Shown here in pieces: positions 9,919-19,148 of a stretch of DNA of 64,000 nt. This stretch comes from an uncultured Dehalococcoidia bacterium. GTDB lineage: Bacteria > Chloroflexota > Dehalococcoidia > UBA6926. The notes below the pieces were generated by a model, which had not been told where the DNA came from, made no database searches, and saw only the letters and a list, made by a program, of their open reading frames with translations. The position numbers and the translations under genes are program-made. Within the stretch, counting starts at the first letter, position 1. Each line of letters opens with the position of its first letter. Location: the NCBI GenBank assembly GCA_964653005.1, contig CAZZAN010000003.1, positions 142,592 to 206,591 on the forward strand. The letters are read 5' to 3'.

Positions 9919-10117
9919 CCATCACACCTCAATTGCCCTTAGGGGCATTTTGAATCACAGCCGGGGCGGGTGTTACCAACCATGAAACGCCGCCGCGCCG
10001 CTACAACACGCTGTATATTCGAACGCCGGCGCGCCCACGAACGTTAGCAGCGGAATCAAAAAAGAAGGGACGGGGCCTGGGGGCCGTCCCTTCCATCTCA
10101 GGCAATTGGATCAAGAA

Positions 10118-10699
10118 TTAGAGTGACAGCTTCTCCGCGAGCAACTCTCGCAGCTCCCTGACAGTCTCCACCTGCCATGCAGGGTAGCGAGCCTGCATTC
10201 GATCACGCACGGTGCGGCGGAATTCCTGCTCATCCTCGTCGCCAATCTCAGCCTTCACGTCTTCAGTGATCTTCGGCATTTCTTCATTGGCGGATTCAGG
10301 CCGCTCGTGCCAATGCGCAATCTCTTCGAGATCGTCCGTATAGAACACGGGCACGGGGATGGACATGAATTCACCGTTCTTGAGGAACTCATTCATGATG
10401 TCGAGATTCTCATCTCTCGGGAACACGCTGACGTCCATGCCTGCCGCTTCGGCGATCTTTGCGAGAACCGGCATCCCGCGGAAAACGTCCGGGCACCAGT
10501 CCTCGCCAAGAATCAACATCTTTGTCGCGCCGGCGTCCTTCGCGCGGCGGAAAAATGCCACGTCATCTTCCGAGAGCTGGGCGCTGTTGTAGTACTGCTC
10601 AAACCTGTCTTTGTTGACCTTGATCTGCTCAATGTAGTCGTCATATGTGAAACCCGAACCAAATCGTTCGGGAGTGACAACTGTCGTCTTCTCAGCCAT
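10118..10699 (-). CDS. thioredoxin-fold family protein (single-Cys WCPD motif)
   Basis: ORF 10118..10723 (TTG). ATG at 10699 has a GGGGGA SD. 'ILGEDWCPDV' resembles thioredoxin-like families. Exact family is uncertain. Confidence 0.4.
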   Translation of the reverse strand: MAEKTTVVTPERFGSGFTYDDYIEQIKVNKDRFEQYYNSAQLSEDDVAFFRRAKDAGATKMLILGEDWCPDVFRGMPVLAKIAEAAGMDVSVFPRDENLDIMNEFLKNGEFMSIPVPVFYTDDLEEIAHWHERPESANEEMPKITEDVKAEIGDEDEQEFRRTVRDRMQARYPAWQVETVRELRELLAEKLSL

Positions 10700-10755
10700 T
10701 TTCCATTCCCCCAATGCTCTCAATACCGGTTCTCCTCAGCGCGAGTCCCGGTTGT

Positions 10756-10998
10756 TCAGCCTATGTTACAACTGATCATGTCCTTGTAACCCATGGTGAC
10801 CTTCCCATCCGGGTAAACGACGATGGGGACGACGTCGCCATAGATTCGCGCCTCGTCAAGCCACGCCTGGTTCTCATCGACCTGGCGCTCTTCAAACTCA
10901 ATGCCCTGTTTCGTCCAATCCTCTTTCATCACGACGCACGCAGGGCACGTCGTCAACGTGTAGACAATTGGCTTTGTTCCTACTTGTGTTGCCACCAA
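10756..10998 (-). CDS. glutaredoxin/NrdH-like small redoxin
   Basis: 80 aa with a CPAC active-site motif after a beta-strand 'IVYTLTT'. GGAGG lies upstream of the TTG/GTG start. Confidence 0.6.
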   Translation of the reverse strand: MVATQVGTKPIVYTLTTCPACVVMKEDWTKQGIEFEERQVDENQAWLDEARIYGDVVPIVVYPDGKVTMGYKDMISCNIG

Positions 10999-11111
10999 AA
11001 ACCTCCATTCAATCTCGCAGAATCACGAGCATTGACTCTCTTTATGATTCTACAGTCCCGCCTCGGTGAGTCAAAACGCTCCATTCCTGGTCATGCGATG
11101 ATAGATACACC

Positions 11112-12389
11112 ATGATGTCCAATAGCATTGCGCTGGAATTGGGGCAGCGGCTTGAGCCCGATCTGCTGGAAACATGCCGAAGTCTTGGCGACATTGCGGA
11201 ACAGGGCACGCTCTTCATCGTCGGGGGGGCGGTGCGGGACATTCTGCTGGGACAGGACCCCGTTGAGGTTGACCTCGTTGTCCAGGGGAGCGCTGATGAA
11301 CTGGCGCAGAGAGCCGTTCAGTTTCGGCTAGCCCTGAGAACCACCGCCTCACAGTTCATGACGGTCAAGCTGACTGTTGGCACGCGCGAGATGGATATCG
11401 CGACAGCCCGCAGTGAAACATACACGTCGCCCGGCGCGCTGCCTGATGTTGCGCCATCAGATATTGAGACAGACCTGGGGCGCCGCGACTTTGCGGCAAA
11501 CGCAATCGCCGTCTCCATCGGTTCGATGGATTTCGGGCGTGTCATCGATCCTCATCGCGGCGTCAACGATGTACAGGCAGGAGTACTCCGCGCGCTGCAT
11601 GCGGGGTCGTTCCGAGATGATGCCACCCGAATGATTCGCGCCGCGCGCTACGCCTCCCGTCTCCAGTTCAAAGTGCATGCGGAAACCGAGGCTTGGCTGA
11701 AGAGCGACGCTTCCTATATCAGCACCGTAGGTCCAGACCGCCTGCGCAACGAATTCAACCGGCTCTGGCGAGAGAAGAAGCCCATGGAAGGACTCTACAT
11801 GCTGCAGTCCTGGGGGGTTTTGGATCACCTGCCTACGGCATCCGATTGGGTGGGCGGACTATACAGTTTCTCGATGTCCGATCGGGAGGAGGCGGCCAGA
11901 CCTGACGACGCCGACGATGCCGATGTGCATTGGGCTCTTATTGCAACGACGGTGGGCACAGAGTTCGAGACACTCATGGATACCTTTAATCTTGCAGGCA
12001 GATCTCGTCGGGCAGTCGACGACATCCGCCTGTGGAAGGAGAGCGGATCGGCGGCATTTCGTGACGCCTCAGAAATAGGCCGCCCAAGCCACTTTGCGGA
12101 AGTTCTTTCACTATTTGAGCCGGCGGCCCTTGAGGCCCTTTACCTCACCGGAAACGCCCCTGAAGCTCGAGCAATCGCCTCGTATCTCGGAACGTGGAGA
12201 CACGTGGAACCGGAATTGAATGGGAATGACCTGCTAGAGATGGGCGTGCGGCAAGGTCCCCTCGTCGGAAAGTTCCTTGATCAACTGCGAAAGGCGCGGC
12301 TCGACAACCTCGTCTTGAACAGGGATGGCGAGGTGCAGCTGGTCAAGCAATGGATGGGGCGCGATTCTGCCGCCTCTGACGAATCATGA
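11112..12389 (+). CDS. CCA tRNA nucleotidyltransferase / poly(A) polymerase family protein
   Basis: Pol-beta head motif 'FIVGGAVRDILLG...VEVDLVV'. 425 aa. Confidence 0.7.
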   Translation: MMSNSIALELGQRLEPDLLETCRSLGDIAEQGTLFIVGGAVRDILLGQDPVEVDLVVQGSADELAQRAVQFRLALRTTASQFMTVKLTVGTREMDIATARSETYTSPGALPDVAPSDIETDLGRRDFAANAIAVSIGSMDFGRVIDPHRGVNDVQAGVLRALHAGSFRDDATRMIRAARYASRLQFKVHAETEAWLKSDASYISTVGPDRLRNEFNRLWREKKPMEGLYMLQSWGVLDHLPTASDWVGGLYSFSMSDREEAARPDDADDADVHWALIATTVGTEFETLMDTFNLAGRSRRAVDDIRLWKESGSAAFRDASEIGRPSHFAEVLSLFEPAALEALYLTGNAPEARAIASYLGTWRHVEPELNGNDLLEMGVRQGPLVGKFLDQLRKARLDNLVLNRDGEVQLVKQWMGRDSAASDES

Positions 12390-13326
12390 TGCTACCCGGC
12401 AGGGCACGCTCCCGCATGGCCACCTCACGCTCCTCCTGAAACAGCAGTTGTTGCGCATAGGCGGCATAACTGCCGAAACGCTCTCGCCCCCACGCGGCAA
12501 TCTTGTCCTCCGGAGTCTTTTTCCCAGCCAGGTACAAGCGCGTCACGGCTCGGCTCACCCATCTGTCCACTGCGAACGCTTCGGTGTGGTCCAGTGAAAA
12601 CGCGAGGATACAGTCGGCGATTTTGGGCCCAATGCCCTTGAAAGTCAGCAGCACGTTTTTGGCGTCTTCGTACGGCAGCGTTCGCAATTCGTCGAGTTCA
12701 ACGTCGCCATCCGCAATGCGGATGGCGGCAGAAGCGAGAAAAGGCGCGCGAAAGCCCAGTCCAATATGGCGGAGTTCCGATTCTCCCAAGCGCGCTACCG
12801 CCGCCGGTTCTGGAACGCGATACACCCTCTCGCCCCATGCCGTACCACTGACTCCGCACGCCTCAGCCAGGTTCTGCATATTCCTCTTGATGCGTGGCAG
12901 GTGACATTGCGCGCTGATGATGAAACTCGCCAGGCACTCCCATGGCTCCTGGCGCAATAGAGTCAGGCCGGGCCAACGCCCCATTATTTCCGTGAGCACA
13001 GAATCTTCGGACAGCGCATTCCTGATTCGCGGGTGGTCGTCATCAAGGCGCAGGTAGCGGGTTACCATTTCTTCAGCAGCGTCGTTTGGCACATGGGCAT
13101 CGTGTGCAGAAACTTCCAGAACACCGAGGCTGTCAGCCTTTGTATCAGTATGCCGAAGGCGAACTGCGTGGCCGTAGATGGTTCCAATCCACCAGCCATC
13201 AGCCTCGCCCTGGGGCGCCGTCCAGCCAAAAGCCTGTCCCTCATCCAGTGACGCCGGCAGGTCAAGCGGAGATGTTAGCTCGATGCGGGCCGTCTCCGTT
13301 CGCACCGTTTCATTCGTCGTCGCCAT
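12343..13326 (-). CDS. DNA-3-methyladenine glycosylase 2 family protein (AlkA-like, HhH-GPD)
   Basis: HhH-GPD motif 'LLTFKGIGPKIADCILAFSL...AFAVDRWV' with the catalytic Asp. The ORF runs to 13422, but the in-frame ATG at 13326 (MATTNE) is the likelier start; it overlaps the dinG-like stop by 17 nt. Confidence 0.7.
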   Translation of the reverse strand: MATTNETVRTETARIELTSPLDLPASLDEGQAFGWTAPQGEADGWWIGTIYGHAVRLRHTDTKADSLGVLEVSAHDAHVPNDAAEEMVTRYLRLDDDHPRIRNALSEDSVLTEIMGRWPGLTLLRQEPWECLASFIISAQCHLPRIKRNMQNLAEACGVSGTAWGERVYRVPEPAAVARLGESELRHIGLGFRAPFLASAAIRIADGDVELDELRTLPYEDAKNVLLTFKGIGPKIADCILAFSLDHTEAFAVDRWVSRAVTRLYLAGKKTPEDKIAAWGRERFGSYAAYAQQLLFQEEREVAMRERALPGSIMIRQRRQNRAPSIA

Positions 13327-16147
13327 TGAACCAGTCCCGTACCTCATCGCCCAGTCGATCCAGCGTTGGCGTCTGCACTGTGGACGTGGGGAGCGCATCA
13401 ATGAACGCCGCCCCGTACGCACGGTTCAAGACTCGTGAATCCAGGATGATAATCACGCCCTGGTCTTTTGTACTCCGAAGCAACCGCCCCACACCCTGCT
13501 TGAAACGCAGGAGCGACCGCGGAATCTGGAACTCGTTGAAGGAGTTCTCATACGTTTCGCCGCGCGCCGCAATTATCGGATCGGACGGCACATCAAACGG
13601 GAGGCGGGTGACGATGAGCGCTTTCAGCGCGTCACCCGGCAAATCGACACCTTCCCAGAACGCTGCTGCGCCCAAAATGACGATCCCTTTGCGGAGTCGA
13701 GCGATTTCCGCCAGCCGGTCCGGCGCGCCATCAATCCCCTGCCCCAGGACGTTGATACCGCGCTCGCGCAGTTCGGAACTCACTTTCGTGTACGTCTGGC
13801 GCAAAGAAGCGTGTGAGGTGAACAACGCCAGCACACCGCCGCCCGTCGCCGTGGCAACATCAGCGATGGCCTGTTGAACAGCCTTGCCATAGGCGTTGTT
13901 GTTCGGGTCCGGCACGTCAGTAGGAACCATTGCCGCCGCCGCGTCCTCCGGCCCCAAAGTGAGCCTTACTTGCAGCGTCTCCGGTTCTTCGAGTCCCAAT
14001 CGGTCAGTAATAAATCCAAAGGAATCATCCGTCGTCAGCGTCGCGCTGGAGAGGACGATCGACTTGCGGTCAGCGAAAGGGCCGGTCGCGAGGTGCGGCG
14101 CAACGGACATCGGCGCCCAGTGCAACGAGATACTCCCTCGTTGATCACGCGGAGTTTCAAGCCACGTGATGTCGTCATCTGGATTTACATCTCTCATCAC
14201 GTTTATCAAACGTGCTCGAAGGTCAGCGACCCGCCTCACAATGTCGTCCACGTCCGTGGATGCGCCTTGCCGAGCCTGCTGTGCTTGCAGCGCAGACCTC
14301 AGCCGTGAATCGACCAAATCGGCGACTCCGGCAAGGGTCGCGTCCAGGTCTTCCCATGCCTTCGCGGCCTCACGCCACTCATCAGTTTCCCGGACGCGCT
14401 GAATGAGCCGTATCTGGGAATCACCGCCCCTGTCAGAGCGCGACCCGGCGGCAATGGCGCCCACAGCGCTGAAGAACTGACCCACCCGAGTAGCCGCGCT
14501 GCGAGCTGCCGCACCAACCTCAACGCCCGCGGCCTCCATCCCTTGAGCTGTTGCTGCAGATGAACCCGCTGAGCCCATCGCCGCCGTCACAATCCGTGGC
14601 CGGCCTTCTTCTGAATCTGCCCCAAGCGAGTTCAGCAACTCATTAACCTCGCTGTGCGAGATGCTGCGGCTGTAGTGGTCGGTGGCCTCACGCTCAAGGT
14701 TGTGCGCCTCATCGAGGATCACGTGAGGGATTTCACCCAGGACGTTGCCACCGGACGATGAGTCCGCCATGAGAAGCGCGTGATTCGTGATAACAAGGTG
14801 GGCGGCTTGCGCAGCCCGCCGCGCCCGACCGATGAAGCACAGCCCCTCACGCTCATAGGCGCAGTTGCCATGTCCCTCTTCCGATCCTGCGGACAGGGTT
14901 GACCAACGCGCCGCCTCCTGTTCACCCATCGGCAGCTCGCCCAAGTCACCGCTTTCGGTCGATTCCAGCCAAACCATCAACCGGGCAAAGAACGCGGCCT
15001 CGCCGGACGTCACCTCAAGACTGCCAAGCCGTGAGAGCAGCCGCGATATGCACAAGTAGTTTCCCCTGCCCTTGAGCACGGCTACTCGCACCTCGTCCGG
15101 TGTCAGACCGAGCGCCTGCAGGGCGATTGGGACATCCTTGGCGGCGAGCTGTTCCTGCAGGCCGCGCGTGGATGTAGCAACAACGACCTGCTCTTCCGTA
15201 GCCTCTGCACGCCAGATGGCCGGAATCAGATAGCCAAGAGATTTTCCTGTCCCAGGCGGGGCCTCCAGGAGGAGTGTTCGTTCCGTTTCCTGGATTTCCG
15301 TCACCGCCTGTGCCATCTCCAGTTGTTGCGTGCGTGGCTCATACGAGTCTCCAAGCGCCTGGGCGAGCCTACCATCGGTTTCAAACACCGCCTCAATAGC
15401 CGCCATCCCATCCTGCGTTGTGGGCAGTTTCCGCTGGCGGGTCTCGGACTCGACGCTTGGTTTGCCAAGCCTTTCGGTCAACCGTTGGATAACCCGTTCA
15501 GGCCCGTCGCCGGCAATTTCCTGCTGTTGTGCAGCTAACTCGAAAACCGGACCCGCTCGCCAGTCACCCGTCGCGCGGTCGGAGAGTGAACGAATCATCG
15601 CCAGCGTGGCCGGGTCGAGGGCAAGAATCATGTCCCAGAACCTGAGGAAGACCTGCGCAGTCGCTTCCGCGTCTGCAAGGGCCCTGTGTGGACTGTCATT
15701 GACGATTCCCATCTCTTCGATGAGCCATCCAAGCGAGTGGCTGTTCGCTGAGGGACGCAAGATTCGCGAGAGGTCCAGAGTATCGAAAACTGGCCCGGTC
15801 GGCTTTACGCCATTCGCATTTAGGAATCCCAGGTCGAACTGATAGTTTTGCCCCACCATGGGCAGGTCGCCGATGAATGCGGTAAGCTCGTCCGCTATCT
15901 CGGTGAACGGGGGAGCGCCAACAAGATCAGCGTCCGTGATGCCGGTCAACACCGAGACGAAATCAGGGAGGGCATGGCCCGGATTGACGAGTCCCTGGAA
16001 GCTGTCGACGACCCTCCCTGCTTCAAGTATGACCGCGCCGACTTCGATGATGCGATCACTCTCTGCATTCAACCCCGTGGTTTCCAGGTCAAGCGAGACG
16101 AACGTCAGTGGGAACGGTGTGCTGTCCGACACGCTTGCGGCAGTCAT
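13310..16147 (-). CDS. dinG: DnaQ-like 3'-5' exonuclease / DinG-family ATP-dependent helicase fusion
   Basis: 945 aa. N-terminal exonuclease motif 'FVSLDLETTGL', central Walker A 'EAPPGTGKS', DEAH box 'VILDEAHNLE'. Architecture matches Bacillus-type DinG. Confidence 0.85.
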   Translation of the reverse strand: MTAASVSDSTPFPLTFVSLDLETTGLNAESDRIIEVGAVILEAGRVVDSFQGLVNPGHALPDFVSVLTGITDADLVGAPPFTEIADELTAFIGDLPMVGQNYQFDLGFLNANGVKPTGPVFDTLDLSRILRPSANSHSLGWLIEEMGIVNDSPHRALADAEATAQVFLRFWDMILALDPATLAMIRSLSDRATGDWRAGPVFELAAQQQEIAGDGPERVIQRLTERLGKPSVESETRQRKLPTTQDGMAAIEAVFETDGRLAQALGDSYEPRTQQLEMAQAVTEIQETERTLLLEAPPGTGKSLGYLIPAIWRAEATEEQVVVATSTRGLQEQLAAKDVPIALQALGLTPDEVRVAVLKGRGNYLCISRLLSRLGSLEVTSGEAAFFARLMVWLESTESGDLGELPMGEQEAARWSTLSAGSEEGHGNCAYEREGLCFIGRARRAAQAAHLVITNHALLMADSSSGGNVLGEIPHVILDEAHNLEREATDHYSRSISHSEVNELLNSLGADSEEGRPRIVTAAMGSAGSSAATAQGMEAAGVEVGAAARSAATRVGQFFSAVGAIAAGSRSDRGGDSQIRLIQRVRETDEWREAAKAWEDLDATLAGVADLVDSRLRSALQAQQARQGASTDVDDIVRRVADLRARLINVMRDVNPDDDITWLETPRDQRGSISLHWAPMSVAPHLATGPFADRKSIVLSSATLTTDDSFGFITDRLGLEEPETLQVRLTLGPEDAAAAMVPTDVPDPNNNAYGKAVQQAIADVATATGGGVLALFTSHASLRQTYTKVSSELRERGINVLGQGIDGAPDRLAEIARLRKGIVILGAAAFWEGVDLPGDALKALIVTRLPFDVPSDPIIAARGETYENSFNEFQIPRSLLRFKQGVGRLLRSTKDQGVIIILDSRVLNRAYGAAFIDALPTSTVQTPTLDRLGDEVRDWFNGDDE

Positions 16148-16845
16148 CTCACGCCTACCGCGGAAAGGTCAGCGGCCCGCTCGTCCCAATAGGAAATATC
16201 GCTGCCCTTGAGCAGCGCGCCGGTGGGATAGTAGCGGCCTGCCCGGATTTCCTCGATGAATTCCTCCACATTCGAGACATGCCGTTCCGTTACGATGGCC
16301 CCGGAGCCGATGCCTGATGTGGAATGGGCATCCCCGCCTCCGACGCCAATACGTCCAAGCTCCCGGGCAACCTGTAGGGCAAAGAGATTCTCCTGCGCGT
16401 TATTCGCCCCGTTCACGACTTCCAATTCGTCCGTCAGTTTAAAGATGGGGAGATCGGCTGCCTCCTCCACGCTGTACAACTTCGACCAGCCATTGATCCG
16501 CGGATCATCAAACATGCGGCGAAAGGGGTGCGCAGCAATCATGATGCCGTCCGATGCCTGTACGACTCTCCGCAGGATCTCCGCGCGGTGAATACCGGAC
16601 GAATATCCCGTCAGGCCAAAACAGGTGATGTGCCCCAGGTCCGTGGCAACTTCCATGCCGGGAATCACAAGGAAGTCATGCTCGGCGGAGAATCGTTCGA
16701 GCTGATAACTATCCCAGACCGTTCCGTGCTCAGTAACGCACACACCGTCCAATCCAACGGCCTTGGCGGCCGTCACAAGGTCCTGAGGCGAGAGGCCGCT
16801 GTCGGATGAGCCAAAGTTTGTGTGTACGTGGAGATCCAATTTCAT
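16144..16845 (-). CDS. PHP-domain metal-dependent phosphoesterase
   Basis: 'MKLDLHVHTNFGSSDSG' His-rich PHP motif. 233 aa. 4-nt overlap with the dinG-like gene. Confidence 0.8.
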   Translation of the reverse strand: MKLDLHVHTNFGSSDSGLSPQDLVTAAKAVGLDGVCVTEHGTVWDSYQLERFSAEHDFLVIPGMEVATDLGHITCFGLTGYSSGIHRAEILRRVVQASDGIMIAAHPFRRMFDDPRINGWSKLYSVEEAADLPIFKLTDELEVVNGANNAQENLFALQVARELGRIGVGGGDAHSTSGIGSGAIVTERHVSNVEEFIEEIRAGRYYPTGALLKGSDISYWDERAADLSAVGVR

Positions 16846-17302
16846 GATGAGATTTCAGCCCTTGCATTCTACAGGAACGCCATGACTATAGGCGAACAGG
16901 AGGGTCTCATTTCAGGGCGGGCGATCCTCTGACTTGGGGCAAGATTCGGTTTCCAGACAGCATGGCAACAGTGTGGGGCGCAAGGTGGACGAATCAGTTA
17001 GGCTGTACGTAATAGAGGCACTCTCGCGGGAGGCTCGGGATGTATCGCATTACGATTTCGACGCAGGAACACGGAACAATCCTGGATCAGGATCTCATGG
17101 GCTTCGTGCTGATCCGAAAGATGCTGTGCGAACACGAGGATCCCACGCACGAGCCGGTGATGAGCATGGAATCCCGCGGTGTGAACGGCTATGAGCAGAT
17201 TGGGCTGCTTGAATGGGCCAAAGCCGTCACGACGGCGGACATGGTTGCGGACATGGAGGAGGGCCCCGGCCTCGCCGATTTCCCGAATTAGAGCACTTTA
17301 GT

Positions 17303-17378
17303 TGGTGCCCCCAAGGGGACTCGAACCCCTGTCGGCGGCTTGAAGGGCCGCAGTCCTAGGCCACTAGACGATGGGGGC
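17303..17378 (-). tRNA. tRNA-Glu (anticodon UUC)
   Basis: Reverse complement GCCCCCATCGTCTAGTGGCCTAGGACTGCGGCCCTTCAAGCCGCCGACAGGGGTTCGAGTCCCCTTGGGGGCACCA folds as a cloverleaf. The D-loop TAGTGGCCTAGGAC is Glu-like. Anticodon stem GCGGC/GCCGC with loop CCUUCAA; CCA is encoded. Confidence 0.8.
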
Positions 17379-17473
17379 ATGGCACCTTCGCCTACTCCAC
17401 TATAGCCGTAACACACACCCTCTGCGCCATCCGCTGCCACTGACATCGTTGCGGAATCCCTGATAATGGATGC

Positions 17474-18112
17474 ATGAAGAATCGACCCATAACGGTCTTT
17501 CTGAACTCCCTTGGCATCTCCGGCGTGGAGCAGCAAGCCATTGCTCGCGCAGTCCTGGAGGATGGAGGTTTCACGCGCGCCGGCAGGACCAACATGGCCG
17601 TCCATAAGGAGCCTGCCGCAGAGGAATCGCTTGAAGCCCACCTCGCGTTCCATTGCTCTGATGCCATGTGTCGGGAGAACCTTCATGAGCAGGAGCGACA
17701 CGTCTCTGAGCCCCGCGCTCTGATCCTGGTAGAGCGGGACGCATGCGAGGTGTGCGGCGGCTCTACTGATCGGCGTGCTCTGAATGAAATGGCGAGCGCG
17801 ATGCGGGAGGGAGGCCTCTCTCGGATAGTCGTTGTTGGCGGAACAGACCAAAAGGCAGCGCGTATTCGGGAAATATCACCGGACTCAATCGAGTGGCGAT
17901 TCGTTGATGGATTGAGAAATATCAATGAACGTAACGCCTCAAGCGACCTCCAGTGGGGCCACGTGGTCGTCATATGGGCGACAACCCCACTACCTCATCG
18001 CGTGTCGAATCTCTACAGCAAGAGCAGCCACACAATCACGGCCCCTACCAGCGGCATCGCCGCGCTCGCCCGCGAAGCTGCCAGGTTTGCCCGTGGCGGG
18101 CAGCCCGCGTAG
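17474..18112 (+). CDS. hypothetical protein with a CxxC pair (DACEVCGG)
   Basis: 212 aa ATG-start ORF in coding-like composition. No confident family. Confidence 0.4.
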   Translation: MKNRPITVFLNSLGISGVEQQAIARAVLEDGGFTRAGRTNMAVHKEPAAEESLEAHLAFHCSDAMCRENLHEQERHVSEPRALILVERDACEVCGGSTDRRALNEMASAMREGGLSRIVVVGGTDQKAARIREISPDSIEWRFVDGLRNINERNASSDLQWGHVVVIWATTPLPHRVSNLYSKSSHTITAPTSGIAALAREAARFARGGQPA

Positions 18113-18119
18113 CGCTCTC

Positions 18120-18734
18120 CTAGCGAAACAGCGCCTGATCTCCTACCGCGAAACCACGCGACTCCGCAAGGCCGGCGTTAATCTCCAACGCGTACTGTGC
18201 CGGTGCGGCACTTGGATAATTCCTCAGTTCAGAATCCGGCACGCCCGGTTGCGGGTGCATGGTCTGGATATCCACGACTATACCGGCGGAATCCATATAG
18301 AGGATGTCCAGGGGAATCAGGGTGTTCTTCATCCAGAAGTTGAGGGGTGATTCTTGTGAAAAGACGAACAACATTCCCGCGTTTTCTGCGAGGCTTTCCC
18401 GATGCATCAGGCCGAGCGCACGTTCAGCAGGCGTGTGCGCGATTTCCAGTACGAAGACGTGACCCTCGAGGGATACCTCCCCGATTGATGCCTTATCCTG
18501 CACGTCCTCAATGACCAGAAATCCTTCCTCAAGTGGTGACGATGTGGCTGTTGCGGTGAGTGTCGGGGTCGCAGAGGGTGCTGCAGTGACTGTCGGCGGG
18601 AGAACACGAATATCCGGACGCGGAGAATCGGGGGACGGAATAGGCGTTGAAGCGCCAAAGGGACTACACGCTCCAAGGGTGAATACAAAGAAGGCCGCAA
18701 TGACGCCAAGAACAGTAATCGAGCGAGTACCCAT
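18120..18734 (-). CDS. DUF192-domain secreted protein/lipoprotein
   Basis: Signal peptide plus 'LGACS'. Pro/Thr-rich linker. 'GLMHRESL...GMLFVF...FWMKNTLIPLDILYMD' is the DUF192 core. Confidence 0.7.
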   Translation of the reverse strand: MGTRSITVLGVIAAFFVFTLGACSPFGASTPIPSPDSPRPDIRVLPPTVTAAPSATPTLTATATSSPLEEGFLVIEDVQDKASIGEVSLEGHVFVLEIAHTPAERALGLMHRESLAENAGMLFVFSQESPLNFWMKNTLIPLDILYMDSAGIVVDIQTMHPQPGVPDSELRNYPSAAPAQYALEINAGLAESRGFAVGDQALFR

Positions 18735-18815
18735 TCAGTCAAGGATACAGGTCTCATTTGGTAGAATTGAGTCAGGATTCGCGTATTGTATTCCCCTATC
18801 GTGGATATATTTCAA

Positions 18816-18888
18816 GCCAGCGTAGCTCAGGGGTAGAGCAGCGGTTTCGTAAACCGCAGGCCATCGGTTCAAATCCGATCGCTGGCTC
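18816..18888 (+). tRNA. tRNA-Thr (anticodon CGU)
   Basis: GCCAGCGTAGCTCAGGGGTAGAGCAGCGGTTTCGTAAACCGCAGGCCATCGGTTCAAATCCGATCGCTGGCTCCA. Anticodon loop UUCGUAA. Confidence 0.85.
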
Positions 18889-18904
18889 CACATTACAAAG
18901 AGAA

Positions 18905-18936
18905 CGAGCCGCGCCAAAAGCGCGGCTCGTCTGCTT
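18905..18936 (+). terminator. stem-loop downstream of tRNA-Thr (GAGCCGCGC-caaaa-GCGCGGCTC followed by GTCTGCTTT)
   Basis: Perfect 9-bp GC-rich stem followed by a T-containing tract. Confidence 0.4.
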
Positions 18937-19026
18937 TGGGTCGTCCTCTCCGGAGATACAGCAACCTGCCTTGTGAGTCCCGGGAACGCGATCTGTCCTC
19001 AGATCTCCGGAGCGGCCGAATGCTTG

Positions 19027-19148
19027 TTATTCCGAGGCTTGCTCTTCAGATTCCTCGGCGTCGTCTTCTGTGGTCTCTTCTTGCTCGAACTCAGACTCGG
19101 CTTCGTTCTCCTGGGTGGTGTCTGTAGCCTCATCCAGAATCTTCTCTT
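19027..19148 (-). CDS. small acidic protein (40 aa), hypothetical
   Basis: ATG preceded by AAGGGGGAAG 8 nt upstream. Encodes MMQDTQEKILDEATDTTQENEAESEFEQEETTEDDAEESEEQASE. Below the 60-aa track cutoff. Confidence 0.3.

Noticed and set aside
17040-17291. 83-aa ORF upstream of tRNA-Glu
   Set aside because: No SD and no recognisable domain. It lies in a ~450-bp promoter-like intergenic region. Left unannotated as probably spurious.
17303-17378. Alternative reading of the tRNA anticodon loop as CUUCAAG (anticodon UCA, tRNA-Sec-like)
   Set aside because: That register gives an unpaired anticodon stem (CGGCC versus CCGCC). D-loop and overall identity elements are Glu-like. The length, 76 nt with a short variable arm, is wrong for tRNA-Sec.
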